IMG/VR virus record: IMGVR_UViG_3300025302_000001
Direction: 5' to 3' (one strand)
DNA length: 46,189 bases
From: a virus
Position numbers and translations under genes: made by a program. The number at the start of each line of letters is the position of its first letter. Position 1 is the first letter of the stretch. Below the pieces are notes generated by a model that was given only the letters and a program-made list of their open reading frames with translations, had not been told where the DNA came from and searched no databases. Shown one piece after another: positions 21,825 through 29,395 of this stretch.

Positions 21825-22106
21825 TTAGAGTTTGATGATCTTCAGGCCGATATAGCGGGCAAGAAGGTATTCAATGCGAGCGCCGCCGCTGCGCCACCAG
21901 CCGGGCAGGAGCGCGATGGCCTCCGCCTCAAGGCACAGATACGGCAGCAGGTAGGCCATGATCTTGTTGAGCGGCGTTCCTTCGAGGTTCGCGGCTGCCG
22001 GGTTGAAGACGTGGTGACCCTGCTTGCGCAAGTCGTCAGCAGCGCGCGCGAACACCTCGAAGTAGTTCGGGCGGCCACTGATCTTGCCAGCGAGATAGAC
22101 CCTCAT
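21825..22106 (-). CDS. DUF4406 protein (nucleoside 2-deoxyribosyltransferase/Rcl-like fold)
   Basis: MRVYLAGKISG...GHHVFNPA...AIALLPGWWRSGGARIEYLLA matches the DUF4406 pattern. Confidence 0.8.
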   Translation of the reverse strand: MRVYLAGKISGRPNYFEVFARAADDLRKQGHHVFNPAAANLEGTPLNKIMAYLLPYLCLEAEAIALLPGWWRSGGARIEYLLARYIGLKIIKL

Positions 22107-22246
22107 CGTGAAGCTGCCCACAAGCCCAAATTCGAGAAGCTATAGCCCATGAAAACCGCTGCCATTGCAGCATTTCCGGTGCGCCACAAATCAATTGCGA
22201 TCATGGCGTAAATTACCATGACGACGAGAATCAACCAAGGCGCCAT
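22103..22246 (-). CDS. Small two-TM membrane protein (47 aa)
   Basis: MAPWLILVVMVIYAMIAIDLWRTGNAAMAAVFMGYSFSNLGLWAASR. ATGA overlaps at both ends. Confidence 0.45.
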   Translation of the reverse strand: MAPWLILVVMVIYAMIAIDLWRTGNAAMAAVFMGYSFSNLGLWAASR

Positions 22247-22449
22247 CACTCTTCTCTAAACCTCGTTCTTGCGCCGCCCGTCGCGCGCGGGTCGCGAAAT
22301 GTCTGGATGAAGATGCGGCCTTTGTCGTCTACCTTGAAGTTCATGCGATGAACTAAGGAGCAGTCGCAGCATTGCTCTTTGTAGCCGCGCTTGGGGACTC
22401 TGATCCATTCTCCGTCCGTCACGTGGTAGTATTCTGATTTGTTGCTCAC
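22246..22449 (-). CDS. Hypothetical protein (67 aa, GTG start)
   Basis: GTGA overlap with the exonuclease stop. Contains a CCDC motif. Confidence 0.45.
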   Translation of the reverse strand: MSNKSEYYHVTDGEWIRVPKRGYKEQCCDCSLVHRMNFKVDDKGRIFIQTFRDPRATGGARTRFREE

Positions 22450-23189
22450 ACCTTCATCCCCGAGAACCAGCCGCCGCAGTCCTGGCACTGGAAGCGATAA
22501 TATTTGCTGCTCTGCTTAACGTGCACGCCTCGGCGCTGGATGTGCTCGCTGCCGCAGGTAGGGCAGCCAGCGCGATCCTGGTACGCCTTGTAGAGATTGA
22601 GATTTGGGTGGTTCGGTGCCCACGACCTCAGCCGTTCATAGGCGTTCGCCAGAAGGGCTGTGTCCTGCTTGCCATAGCGGCGCATCGTCCGCCATGACAC
22701 CTCGTCGCCCTCGACACAGCCGCGCCAGAGCGCTGCTCCCGTATTGGGAATTTTGCGCCCTTCCCCGAGGTATCGACCGATATTGTCGAGCTTGTTGCTG
22801 TCGAACTTGAAGACACGCCGAGCGATCTTCAGCGTGTCGATCGTCTTGTATGGGCTTGGCGGTCTGAAGCCGTTGACGATGAGCCGGCTGTTGATCTTCT
22901 TGACGTCGAACGCGTCGCCGTTGTGGGCGCACACAATGTCCGCCTCATCCAGGAGAGAATGAAGAGAGCGGCAAAGATCCTTATCGTCGTATTTATGGCG
23001 CTTGTAGCGAGGAAAATCAGGAAGACACACCGTCTTGACCTGCCTTTCGTGCGACCACCGGTATGAGAACATGAGGATGAACGTGTCACGTTCAACCCAA
23101 ACCGCGGAGGCTTCTGGACTCCTCATCGACCAAGACGTCATGAGGATGGGTGCGGTTTCGATATCCAGAAATAGGAGTTTGGCTCCCAA
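22446..23189 (-). CDS. DEDDh 3'-5' exonuclease (RNase H-like fold, PolB-exo type) with a C-terminal zinc ribbon
   Basis: LFLDIETAP (ExoI), CAHNGDAFDVKKI (ExoII), YGKQDTALL (ExoIII), CPTCGS...CQDCGG. TTG start with GAAGGGGG upstream. Confidence 0.85.
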   Translation of the reverse strand: MGAKLLFLDIETAPILMTSWSMRSPEASAVWVERDTFILMFSYRWSHERQVKTVCLPDFPRYKRHKYDDKDLCRSLHSLLDEADIVCAHNGDAFDVKKINSRLIVNGFRPPSPYKTIDTLKIARRVFKFDSNKLDNIGRYLGEGRKIPNTGAALWRGCVEGDEVSWRTMRRYGKQDTALLANAYERLRSWAPNHPNLNLYKAYQDRAGCPTCGSEHIQRRGVHVKQSSKYYRFQCQDCGGWFSGMKV

Positions 23190-23396
23190 TCAAGCCCCCT
23201 TCGCTGGCGTACCGAGTACGCATTTCCATCGCGCGAGCCTCTGGTTTGGATGATCCTTCATCCACTCCGCAAGCTGCGGAGCGCCCATCAGGCAGGATGT
23301 TAGGGAGATGTCGGCAAAGTCCGACGTGGTGACGGTTTGCTCTTGGCAGTCGGCCGGAACGGACAGGCTGCACAGCACGGCGATGATCTGGATCAA
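23190..23396 (-). CDS. Hypothetical small secreted protein (68 aa, TTG start)
   Basis: Hydrophobic N-terminus IQIIAVLCSLSVPA. TTGA overlap with the upstream stop. Confidence 0.35.
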   Translation of the reverse strand: MIQIIAVLCSLSVPADCQEQTVTTSDFADISLTSCLMGAPQLAEWMKDHPNQRLARWKCVLGTPAKGA

Positions 23397-23635
23397 TGTT
23401 TCACCCAGTGATCAAAGGCGAACTTGATGCCCTCCCAGAGGAAGAAGAGAACGCCCGAGGCGATCGAGCCGCCGAGCCAGATGTAAGCGGCAACCCTCCC
23501 CTTAAATTGCTTCAAATCCTCAACGTCCTCGTCCATCGTCTTATGGCCGTCGTTGAGGTTCTTAAGTTGGTTCTCAATCGCGCCAAGGCGCTCGTAAACA
23601 TCGAGAAGAATCGTCGTATCGGTCTTGTCTGCCAC
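23393..23635 (-). CDS. Hypothetical coiled-coil protein with a C-terminal TM anchor (80 aa)
   Basis: ...RVAAYIWLGGSIASGVLFFLWEGI... Confidence 0.55.
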   Translation of the reverse strand: MADKTDTTILLDVYERLGAIENQLKNLNDGHKTMDEDVEDLKQFKGRVAAYIWLGGSIASGVLFFLWEGIKFAFDHWVKH

Positions 23636-23692
23636 CAGCCAGTCCCTAGAGTTTCCATTAAGAAGTTCCTGCTAGGTGGAATCCCAGCCGGT

Positions 23693-23745
23693 GTGCGGTT
23701 AGCGCCGCACGTCGGTCAGGCTCAGCCTGTCGTTAGCGCGACAGG
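23693..23745 (-). other. Two stem-loops sharing the same hexaloop (TTAGCG on plus, CGCUAA in late-transcript sense)
   Basis: GTGCGG-ttagcg-CCGCAC (23693..23710) and CCTGTCG-ttagcg-CGACAGG (23726..23745). No U-tract follows either one. Confidence 0.5.
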
Positions 23746-23764
23746 TTGGGCCGCCTCTCTTTGA

Positions 23765-23956
23765 TCAGTGAAGAAGTTTGATCTTCCAGCCACTGAACCA
23801 GCGCTTCTTCACGACCTGATTTGCGGTCGGGCTGCACGGACATGGCTCAGAGTGCTTGACGACCTTTGCAGCCTTAGGAGCAACTGACTTCGGTTGCTGC
23901 ATCGTGGCGCAGCCTCCGAGCAACAGAACGACCGCCGCCGCGGCAAGCAATTTCAT
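23765..23956 (-). CDS. Outer-membrane lipoprotein, o-spanin-like (63 aa)
   Basis: Start reset to MKLLAAAAVVLLLGGCATMQ (lipobox). ATGA overlap with the holin-like gene. Confidence 0.6.
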   Translation of the reverse strand: MKLLAAAAVVLLLGGCATMQQPKSVAPKAAKVVKHSEPCPCSPTANQVVKKRWFSGWKIKLLH

Positions 23957-24345
23957 CTCGATCTCCAAATTCTTGCAATTTTTTCGAGGGAACGCGAACC
24001 AAACCAGAAACATAGGATGGTGCTGAAGGCGTCAGACATCACGCCCTTAAGCGGATAGGTGACCCCGAGGTGAAGAACGGTGTCCCAAACGACAACCTTC
24101 CCCACGTAGATCGCCATCGCCCAGCAAACGATTGCGCGAGGCGCCGCTGTCCACCAACGACCCTCCTCTGCCTGTGTCTGCTTGGCGTTGATCTCGCGTT
24201 CTTTTGCCTGGAGCTCTAGATCCTTGGCGGCGAGGTCGGCCGCGACCTTATCGCTGGCGTTGTCGGCATCGAGCTTCGCCTTGTAGGCATCCACGAGCTT
24301 GGAGAGCAGAGGCCCGCTCAGGAACGAGGCCAGCCAGGACCACAT
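23953..24345 (-). CDS. Holin-like membrane protein (resembles the GTA-type 3-TM holin family)
   Basis: N-terminal amphipathic/coiled region, then RWWTAAPRAIVCWAMAIYVGKVV and further TM segments. Located in the lysis cassette. Confidence 0.55.
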   Translation of the reverse strand: MWSWLASFLSGPLLSKLVDAYKAKLDADNASDKVAADLAAKDLELQAKEREINAKQTQAEEGRWWTAAPRAIVCWAMAIYVGKVVVWDTVLHLGVTYPLKGVMSDAFSTILCFWFGSRSLEKIARIWRSR

Positions 24346-24500
24346 TACTTTTTGACCGCTTTCAGGATGGCCTCGGCCTTGTCCTTCAGCGCGCCGGCAT
24401 AATCTTCCGCGCCTTTATACCAGCGGGTGATGGGTTCACGGCCAAACCAGACGGCAGCGCCGCCCGCAACGAACCAAACGATATCGATCATCGCGAACAT
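24345..24500 (-). CDS. Small N-terminal-TM protein (51 aa); pinholin, antiholin or i-spanin candidate
   Basis: MFAMIDIVWFVAGGAAVWFGREPITRWYKGAEDYAGALKDKAEAILKAVKK. ATGA and TAATG junctions. Confidence 0.5.
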   Translation of the reverse strand: MFAMIDIVWFVAGGAAVWFGREPITRWYKGAEDYAGALKDKAEAILKAVKK

Positions 24501-25075
24501 CAGAAAATTCCTTTCCAGATTGACGTGAAGAACAGCTTCAGCTTGTCGAGGAGGCTCGGCTTCGGCAGACCTTCGGCAACACCTTCAAGACAGAGTTGCT
24601 TTTCACCCTTGCGGCCATCGCCACCGCGGCGCGCGACGAGCCCCCGCCTCACTTGACCGTCAGAGCGGACGTACCAGCCCGCGAAGGCGTTGCAGGCCCC
24701 GGTGAGGTCGCCAGCATTGAACTTCTTGACCATGGGAGAGGCACAGACGGCGCCCGAACCGGCGTTGTAGGCAGCGTCCAGAAGCGCGGCCATCGACTTG
24801 ACCGGAATCTCGCGCTTGACGCACTTCTGAAGCGGCGCGAGGTATTTCGGCAGGCTCTGGGCCAGCAGCTCGTTGCACTGAGCAGGCGTGAACTTCTGGC
24901 CGACCTTGACCTTGCCGAACTCGTCAGTTTGGCCAATGCAGTACGTGATTGGGTGTCCGGTCCCGATCATGTCCCGCTTGGCGGTCAGGTCCATGCCTTC
25001 CCAGCCGGGGGTAAAGGCGATCGCTGCGGCAATGACGGCAGCGCTGCCGCCCGCTACTTTGTGGGAGGTTTTCAT
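24500..25075 (-). CDS. SAR-type endolysin (GH24 lysozyme with an N-terminal signal-arrest-release segment)
   Basis: GGSAAVIAAAIAFTPGWEG...D...T catalytic spacing, AAYNAGSGA, GLVARR. Confidence 0.85.
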   Translation of the reverse strand: MKTSHKVAGGSAAVIAAAIAFTPGWEGMDLTAKRDMIGTGHPITYCIGQTDEFGKVKVGQKFTPAQCNELLAQSLPKYLAPLQKCVKREIPVKSMAALLDAAYNAGSGAVCASPMVKKFNAGDLTGACNAFAGWYVRSDGQVRRGLVARRGGDGRKGEKQLCLEGVAEGLPKPSLLDKLKLFFTSIWKGIF

Positions 25076-25356
25076 CTCTGGGTGCTCGGTTGCGGGTTAC
25101 AGGTTGCGCACCCGTCAGGGGCTTGCGCGGGTCAATTGTGACAGCGTAGGGTGAGCCGGTCCGCCGGTGGCTTGAAATCCGCTGGTGGGCTCAAAGGCGG
25201 CAGAGGTAACCGGCATATGCCGGGTGGCTCCGGAAATAACCGTTAGTAGCAACGCTGGGTCGCTCCCGGCGTGGCGGGAATACTGGGGGTCAGCACCTCT
25301 GCTGCTGAATTTCAACCACCCGGCACCCCAAGCCGTCATGCAGAGAATGACGCCAA

Positions 25357-25485
25357 ATGGACGAACGGCACGTTAGAATCGAGTTCGACGCGAACGGCGT
25401 CGTGACCAGCATCAAGCCCGCGCAGCCCGAAAAGCCTGAACCTTCGGAGCAGAAGCGCCCGGAGGCCCCGAAGTCCGACGACTAA
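25357..25485 (+). CDS. Hypothetical 42-aa protein (plus strand, speculative)
   Basis: MDERHVRIEFDANGVVTSIKPAQPEKPEPSEQKRPEAPKSDD. High third-position GC but no clear SD. Confidence 0.3.
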   Translation: MDERHVRIEFDANGVVTSIKPAQPEKPEPSEQKRPEAPKSDD

Positions 25486-25548
25486 CACCCTTGGGTTGCC
25501 CGGTTGGGGTGCGGGTGGTAACAATCCGGCCCATGCACGGGAGAGTCT

Positions 25549-25812
25549 GTGGTGCGGATACTGGGGAACGAACGCCTTCTATGGTTCGCAGCAATGGCGG
25601 CGGTGCTCGCCTGCATTGTCATGCTCGCAAGACAACCGGGCCATCACATCGGATCTGCACTCGAAGTTTTCCGGGGGCAGTGTAAGGGCGATGAAGAATG
25701 CGCTCAGAAGCTAGAAGCACAGCGCAAGGACAGCTTGGACAAATCTATTGAGTACATGGCCAAGCAAGCTATCGCCCGGCAGGATGCGTTGCGCGGTCAA
25801 CAGCCCAAATAA
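25549..25812 (+). CDS. Hypothetical N-terminally anchored membrane protein (87 aa, GTG start), antisense-oriented moron
   Basis: LLWFAAMAAVLACIVMLA is a TM segment. GGGAGAG upstream. Abuts the convergent fibre gene. Confidence 0.5.
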   Translation: MVRILGNERLLWFAAMAAVLACIVMLARQPGHHIGSALEVFRGQCKGDEECAQKLEAQRKDSLDKSIEYMAKQAIARQDALRGQQPK

Positions 25813-27030
25813 TCAATAATGCTCAACCACGACAATGATGCCCGCCGCGCCACCGCCGCCGGCAACGCCATCTGAGCTGGCGATATCGACACCAGCAGCA
25901 CCCGCGCCCCCCGTACCCACCGTGTAAGTGTAGGTCGCGGATGGAGAGGAGATGATGCCCTTCACCATGCCGCCGCTCGACCCGCCAAAGCCGCCGCTGC
26001 CAGCAATGGTGCCGTTGGATGAGCCGCCGCCACCGCCGCCAGCGCCGCTATTTGCTGTAGCCGAGCCGCCCGTGCTGGTTGAGCCTGCACCACCGCCACC
26101 GACCAAGCTTCCGCCCGTGCCTCCTGCGCCATTCGATGCCGAACTAGAGGCGAAAGGTGCGCCGCCCGGCTGCCCGGCCATGTTCCAATAGCCACCGCTC
26201 GCTGTACCCCCTGCGCCGGGTGCAATTTGGCTGCTTCCGGAGCCGCCGCCGGCATTGAACGAGCCAAAAGCGGAGGCATTCCCCGCGGTGCTGGCTGAGT
26301 TGTTATTACCACCACCACCACCACTGCCGCCGCCAATAACCGTAACTTCCAACCATTTCACCCCTGCGGGCGTCGTGTAGGTCTGGCTGGTGCCGCTGGT
26401 GAATACCTGCGTCGTCGGCGGGATGGCCGACGAGTTGAGAGCGGTCCCGGAGAATGCGAGCCCCGTTCCAAGTGAGATTTCAGACGGAGCAGCCGCGCCG
26501 CCGGTCGGGTTGCCGAGCAAGCGCGCAGCCGTAACGTTTTGGATCTTGGCATAGGTGACAGCGCTGGACGGGATCGAGGCCGAGACGATCGGATAGAAGC
26601 CCTTGAGCCGGAACGTGCTGCCGCTGTTGTAATAGACAGCAGTGTGAACGGCGCCAGTAATCATGGTCGCCGCCGGAACTGGCGTCGTGCCGCTCGACGT
26701 ATCGATGATGAGAGGAACGGCGCCGAGGCCATCGACGTTCAGCGTAGCACTTGCACCATTGGTCGTGTGAACCGTGAAGGACAGCTCTTTGCCATCCATG
26801 TGCGCGAGTGTATCGAATACCTCGTTGGTCGTCAGCGTGTAGGCGGTTGAAGTGCCGGCAGTGAGGAGAATGCCCGACGTATCGTCCCGATACGCCGCCG
26901 TCGATGCCATCATGGCTCGTGCGGAGTCGTTGACGCTGGACGGGCTTTGGCCTTCCGCCCAATTGACCGTGGGATCAGCGGTAGCATTCGACGCGGCAGT
27001 TTTCGACCAAAGATAGAACGGCAGAGCCAT
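25813..27030 (-). CDS. Tail fibre protein with a glycine-rich C-terminal domain
   Basis: N-terminus MALPFYLWSKTAASNATADPTVNWAEGQSPSSVNDSARAMMA is typical of alphaproteobacterial phage fibres. The C-terminal ~200 aa are Gly/Ser/Ala-rich. Confidence 0.75.
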   Translation of the reverse strand: MALPFYLWSKTAASNATADPTVNWAEGQSPSSVNDSARAMMASTAAYRDDTSGILLTAGTSTAYTLTTNEVFDTLAHMDGKELSFTVHTTNGASATLNVDGLGAVPLIIDTSSGTTPVPAATMITGAVHTAVYYNSGSTFRLKGFYPIVSASIPSSAVTYAKIQNVTAARLLGNPTGGAAAPSEISLGTGLAFSGTALNSSAIPPTTQVFTSGTSQTYTTPAGVKWLEVTVIGGGSGGGGGNNNSASTAGNASAFGSFNAGGGSGSSQIAPGAGGTASGGYWNMAGQPGGAPFASSSASNGAGGTGGSLVGGGGAGSTSTGGSATANSGAGGGGGGSSNGTIAGSGGFGGSSGGMVKGIISSPSATYTYTVGTGGAGAAGVDIASSDGVAGGGGAAGIIVVVEHY

Positions 27031-27033
27031 AGA

Positions 27034-27792
27034 TCAGCCTTTCGCAAAGAAGGGAGCCCGCTGCTGCAAGCTATTGCGCAGTGCGGTCAGGTTGACGGGA
27101 CGCCTTTGGGCGAACTGGATGGGAGGGGCCTGCATGGCCTGCTCGGCGGGGATCTGAGCGAAATAGGGCGGGTCGGCCGGGGCTGCCTGTTGGGGCGCCT
27201 GCTGCGGGAAGATCGGAGCCATGAGGCCGCCAGAGGTGCCGGGAAGTAGCCCCCCCGAGGTGGGGGTACTCGTTCCGCCAGTACCCTGCGCCAGAAGGCC
27301 GTTTGCCGGGGCTGCGGGACTCGCTGGTGCGGGTTGGGGTTGTCCATGTGGTTGTGCGGCCTGAGGCTGGCCACCGAACCAGGCCGCCTCCTTCTGCCGC
27401 CGAGCCACCAGCCCATCGTTAACCTCTCCCCCGGCCTTGTTGTACTGGAGAAAGATGTTCTTGGCGGCGTCGTAGTCCCCCGACTTGACCGCCTGACCGA
27501 GGCCGGATTGCTGCCAGCCAGGTCCTGCGTTATATGTCAGAGATGTTAGAGCGGCCCGAACACCGGGAGGAAGGTTCGGGGCGAAGGCATCGACACTAGA
27601 GGCGGCCTTGCCTACTTCATCCTGAAACCGCTGTTCGTAAACGCCCTTCAGTTGGTCGGCCGGGATATTCTCGTCGCCGGCCTGCGCCTTGGTGCCGTAG
27701 CCGGAACTGTATTGCTTGTAATCCCAGCTTGCGTTCGGGGTGTATCCCTCGAAGTTTTTTATGGCATCAAGATAGGATTGGTCTAAGGCCAT
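27034..27792 (-). CDS. Virion-associated lysozyme (GH24-like N-terminal domain, Pro/Gln/Ala-rich C-terminal half)
   Basis: IKNFEGY...D...GYGT, ALTSLTYNAGPG, GLVARRQKEAAWF. Located among the ejection-protein genes. Confidence 0.75.
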   Translation of the reverse strand: MALDQSYLDAIKNFEGYTPNASWDYKQYSSGYGTKAQAGDENIPADQLKGVYEQRFQDEVGKAASSVDAFAPNLPPGVRAALTSLTYNAGPGWQQSGLGQAVKSGDYDAAKNIFLQYNKAGGEVNDGLVARRQKEAAWFGGQPQAAQPHGQPQPAPASPAAPANGLLAQGTGGTSTPTSGGLLPGTSGGLMAPIFPQQAPQQAAPADPPYFAQIPAEQAMQAPPIQFAQRRPVNLTALRNSLQQRAPFFAKG

Positions 27793-27883
27793 GTGGTGGT
27801 ATTGCCTTCAAGGTCTGATCATGTTCGCGGTGATGGCGACCAATATTCACTATCATTGGACGCCGAACGGGCTGATACCCGCC

Positions 27884-29395
27884 CTATTGGGCTACGGGCT
27901 GGCCTACGGGCTGACTTATCTGCTGACGCAGTGGCGGCGCAGCGATGGCTAAGGATTGCAACAGGCGCTGTGTCTTGGTCGGCAACTGAGCAACAACATG
28001 AGGCGGCAATTGCGCCGCAACCTGCTGGGCCAGCGGAGACCGCGACCTCACCAGAGAGTCCAGCGTCTTGATCGCGCTCTTGGTGGACATATCGCCGATT
28101 TTCTTGGCGAGATAACCGGCCGCCGGAAGAGCAATGGCGCCCACGGGGCCGGCCGCGCCATAGCCAGCGCCAGCGCTGAGCGCGCCGGATACACTGCCGG
28201 TCGGGGCAAGCTTACCCACATAGCGGGCTGCATTGCCAACCGGCGTTCCGCGCGCAACCTGGTTCATGGCGTCGATTTCAGGCTGATTGAAACCGAGCCG
28301 CTGCGCCTTCGGGACGATGTCGTTGTTGACGGGGCGGACAAGCTGCTTGATGGCCTGACGAAGCGCGTTGTCTTCGTTCGCGCCTGATCCTGCGGTCGCG
28401 GCATTGAGATCGCCCAACGCTGCCTTGCCCATGACCGTGTTGGAGCGCTTGCCGGCGGCATAGTTTCCGACCGCGTCCTGCATCGTCTTGCTGTAGGACG
28501 CCGCGTCGCCTGCGATCACGTCCGCTGCTGTCAAGCCCTTCTGGCTGTTGACCAGCGTTTCGAGGGCCTTCCGTGCTGCTTCACGAATGGGCGCATCCGG
28601 GCTCATCTTCAGATTCGTGAGCTGCTTGCGGATCAGCTCGACGTCGTTCATGGGAACGGCAGTCGGGGGCAGGCCGGGAGCCGACTGGCCCAACGCCTCC
28701 AGCCGATCGACGGCCTTGAACACCGGAGCCTGTCCTTCGGGATCGAAGCCCCTCAGGGAGGACCGGATATCCGCCGCCGTGTTGCTGGTGAAGTCCGGCT
28801 TAACGACCAGGTTCATGTCCTCGGCGGACTTGAATTGGCCCTTTGCCGTCGAGAGCAAATCCTGTGCGCTGGGGACGGCGCTCGCGGCCTTCCGTGCGGC
28901 CACCAGTTCATCGAACTTTCGAGCCGCAGAGCTCGCACCGCCAGCGCCAACAAGCGCGCCAGCAACCTCACCATAAGGACCGGCAACCTCCCTGCCGATC
29001 TCGCTTCCGATGACCGGCGCCGCAACCCGAGTAGCCAGTTTCAGCGCGAGACCTTCAGGACCGCCGATCAGACCGGGAGCAAAGTCAGCGGCTTTCTGCA
29101 AAAATTGGCCGGGCAGACGCTGAGACTGATAATCTGAGCCAAGCGATTGACGAATGGCCTCTGAACCATATTCGGAGCGTGGCGTCAGGTTGTCGCCCAA
29201 GGCCCGCAAGCCGAGATGATAGAGATCGCCCGGCAAGCCGAGAGCGCTCGCCACCATACGGCCTGGAACGGTTGTTGCCGCCTTCGCAAGATCCTCGCCG
29301 ATGCCAACACTCGGCGAGGTTTCCTTGGCTGGCGCCTTGTAGTTATCCCACGGCCCCGCTTCGGCTGCGGAATACATCTCCCAAGGGCCTTCCAT
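27884..29395 (-). CDS. Putative internal virion/ejection protein (503 aa)
   Basis: Position between tail and lysozyme genes. Ala/Gly-rich with no enzymatic motif. Call is by synteny only. Confidence 0.4.
   Translation of the reverse strand: MEGPWEMYSAAEAGPWDNYKAPAKETSPSVGIGEDLAKAATTVPGRMVASALGLPGDLYHLGLRALGDNLTPRSEYGSEAIRQSLGSDYQSQRLPGQFLQKAADFAPGLIGGPEGLALKLATRVAAPVIGSEIGREVAGPYGEVAGALVGAGGASSAARKFDELVAARKAASAVPSAQDLLSTAKGQFKSAEDMNLVVKPDFTSNTAADIRSSLRGFDPEGQAPVFKAVDRLEALGQSAPGLPPTAVPMNDVELIRKQLTNLKMSPDAPIREAARKALETLVNSQKGLTAADVIAGDAASYSKTMQDAVGNYAAGKRSNTVMGKAALGDLNAATAGSGANEDNALRQAIKQLVRPVNNDIVPKAQRLGFNQPEIDAMNQVARGTPVGNAARYVGKLAPTGSVSGALSAGAGYGAAGPVGAIALPAAGYLAKKIGDMSTKSAIKTLDSLVRSRSPLAQQVAAQLPPHVVAQLPTKTQRLLQSLAIAAPPLRQQISQPVGQPVAQ

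Noticed and set aside
25160-25192. T-loop-like ttgaaatcc, taken as a possible tRNA or tmRNA fragment
   Set aside because: The flanking bases are direct rather than inverted repeats, so no T-stem or acceptor stem can form.
25962-26962. Several Ala/Pro/Arg-rich ORFs on both strands within the fibre gene (25952..26191, 25962..26336, 26480..26962)
   Set aside because: They are alternative frames of the glycine-rich (GGN-repeat) region of the tail fibre gene. These are compositional artefacts.
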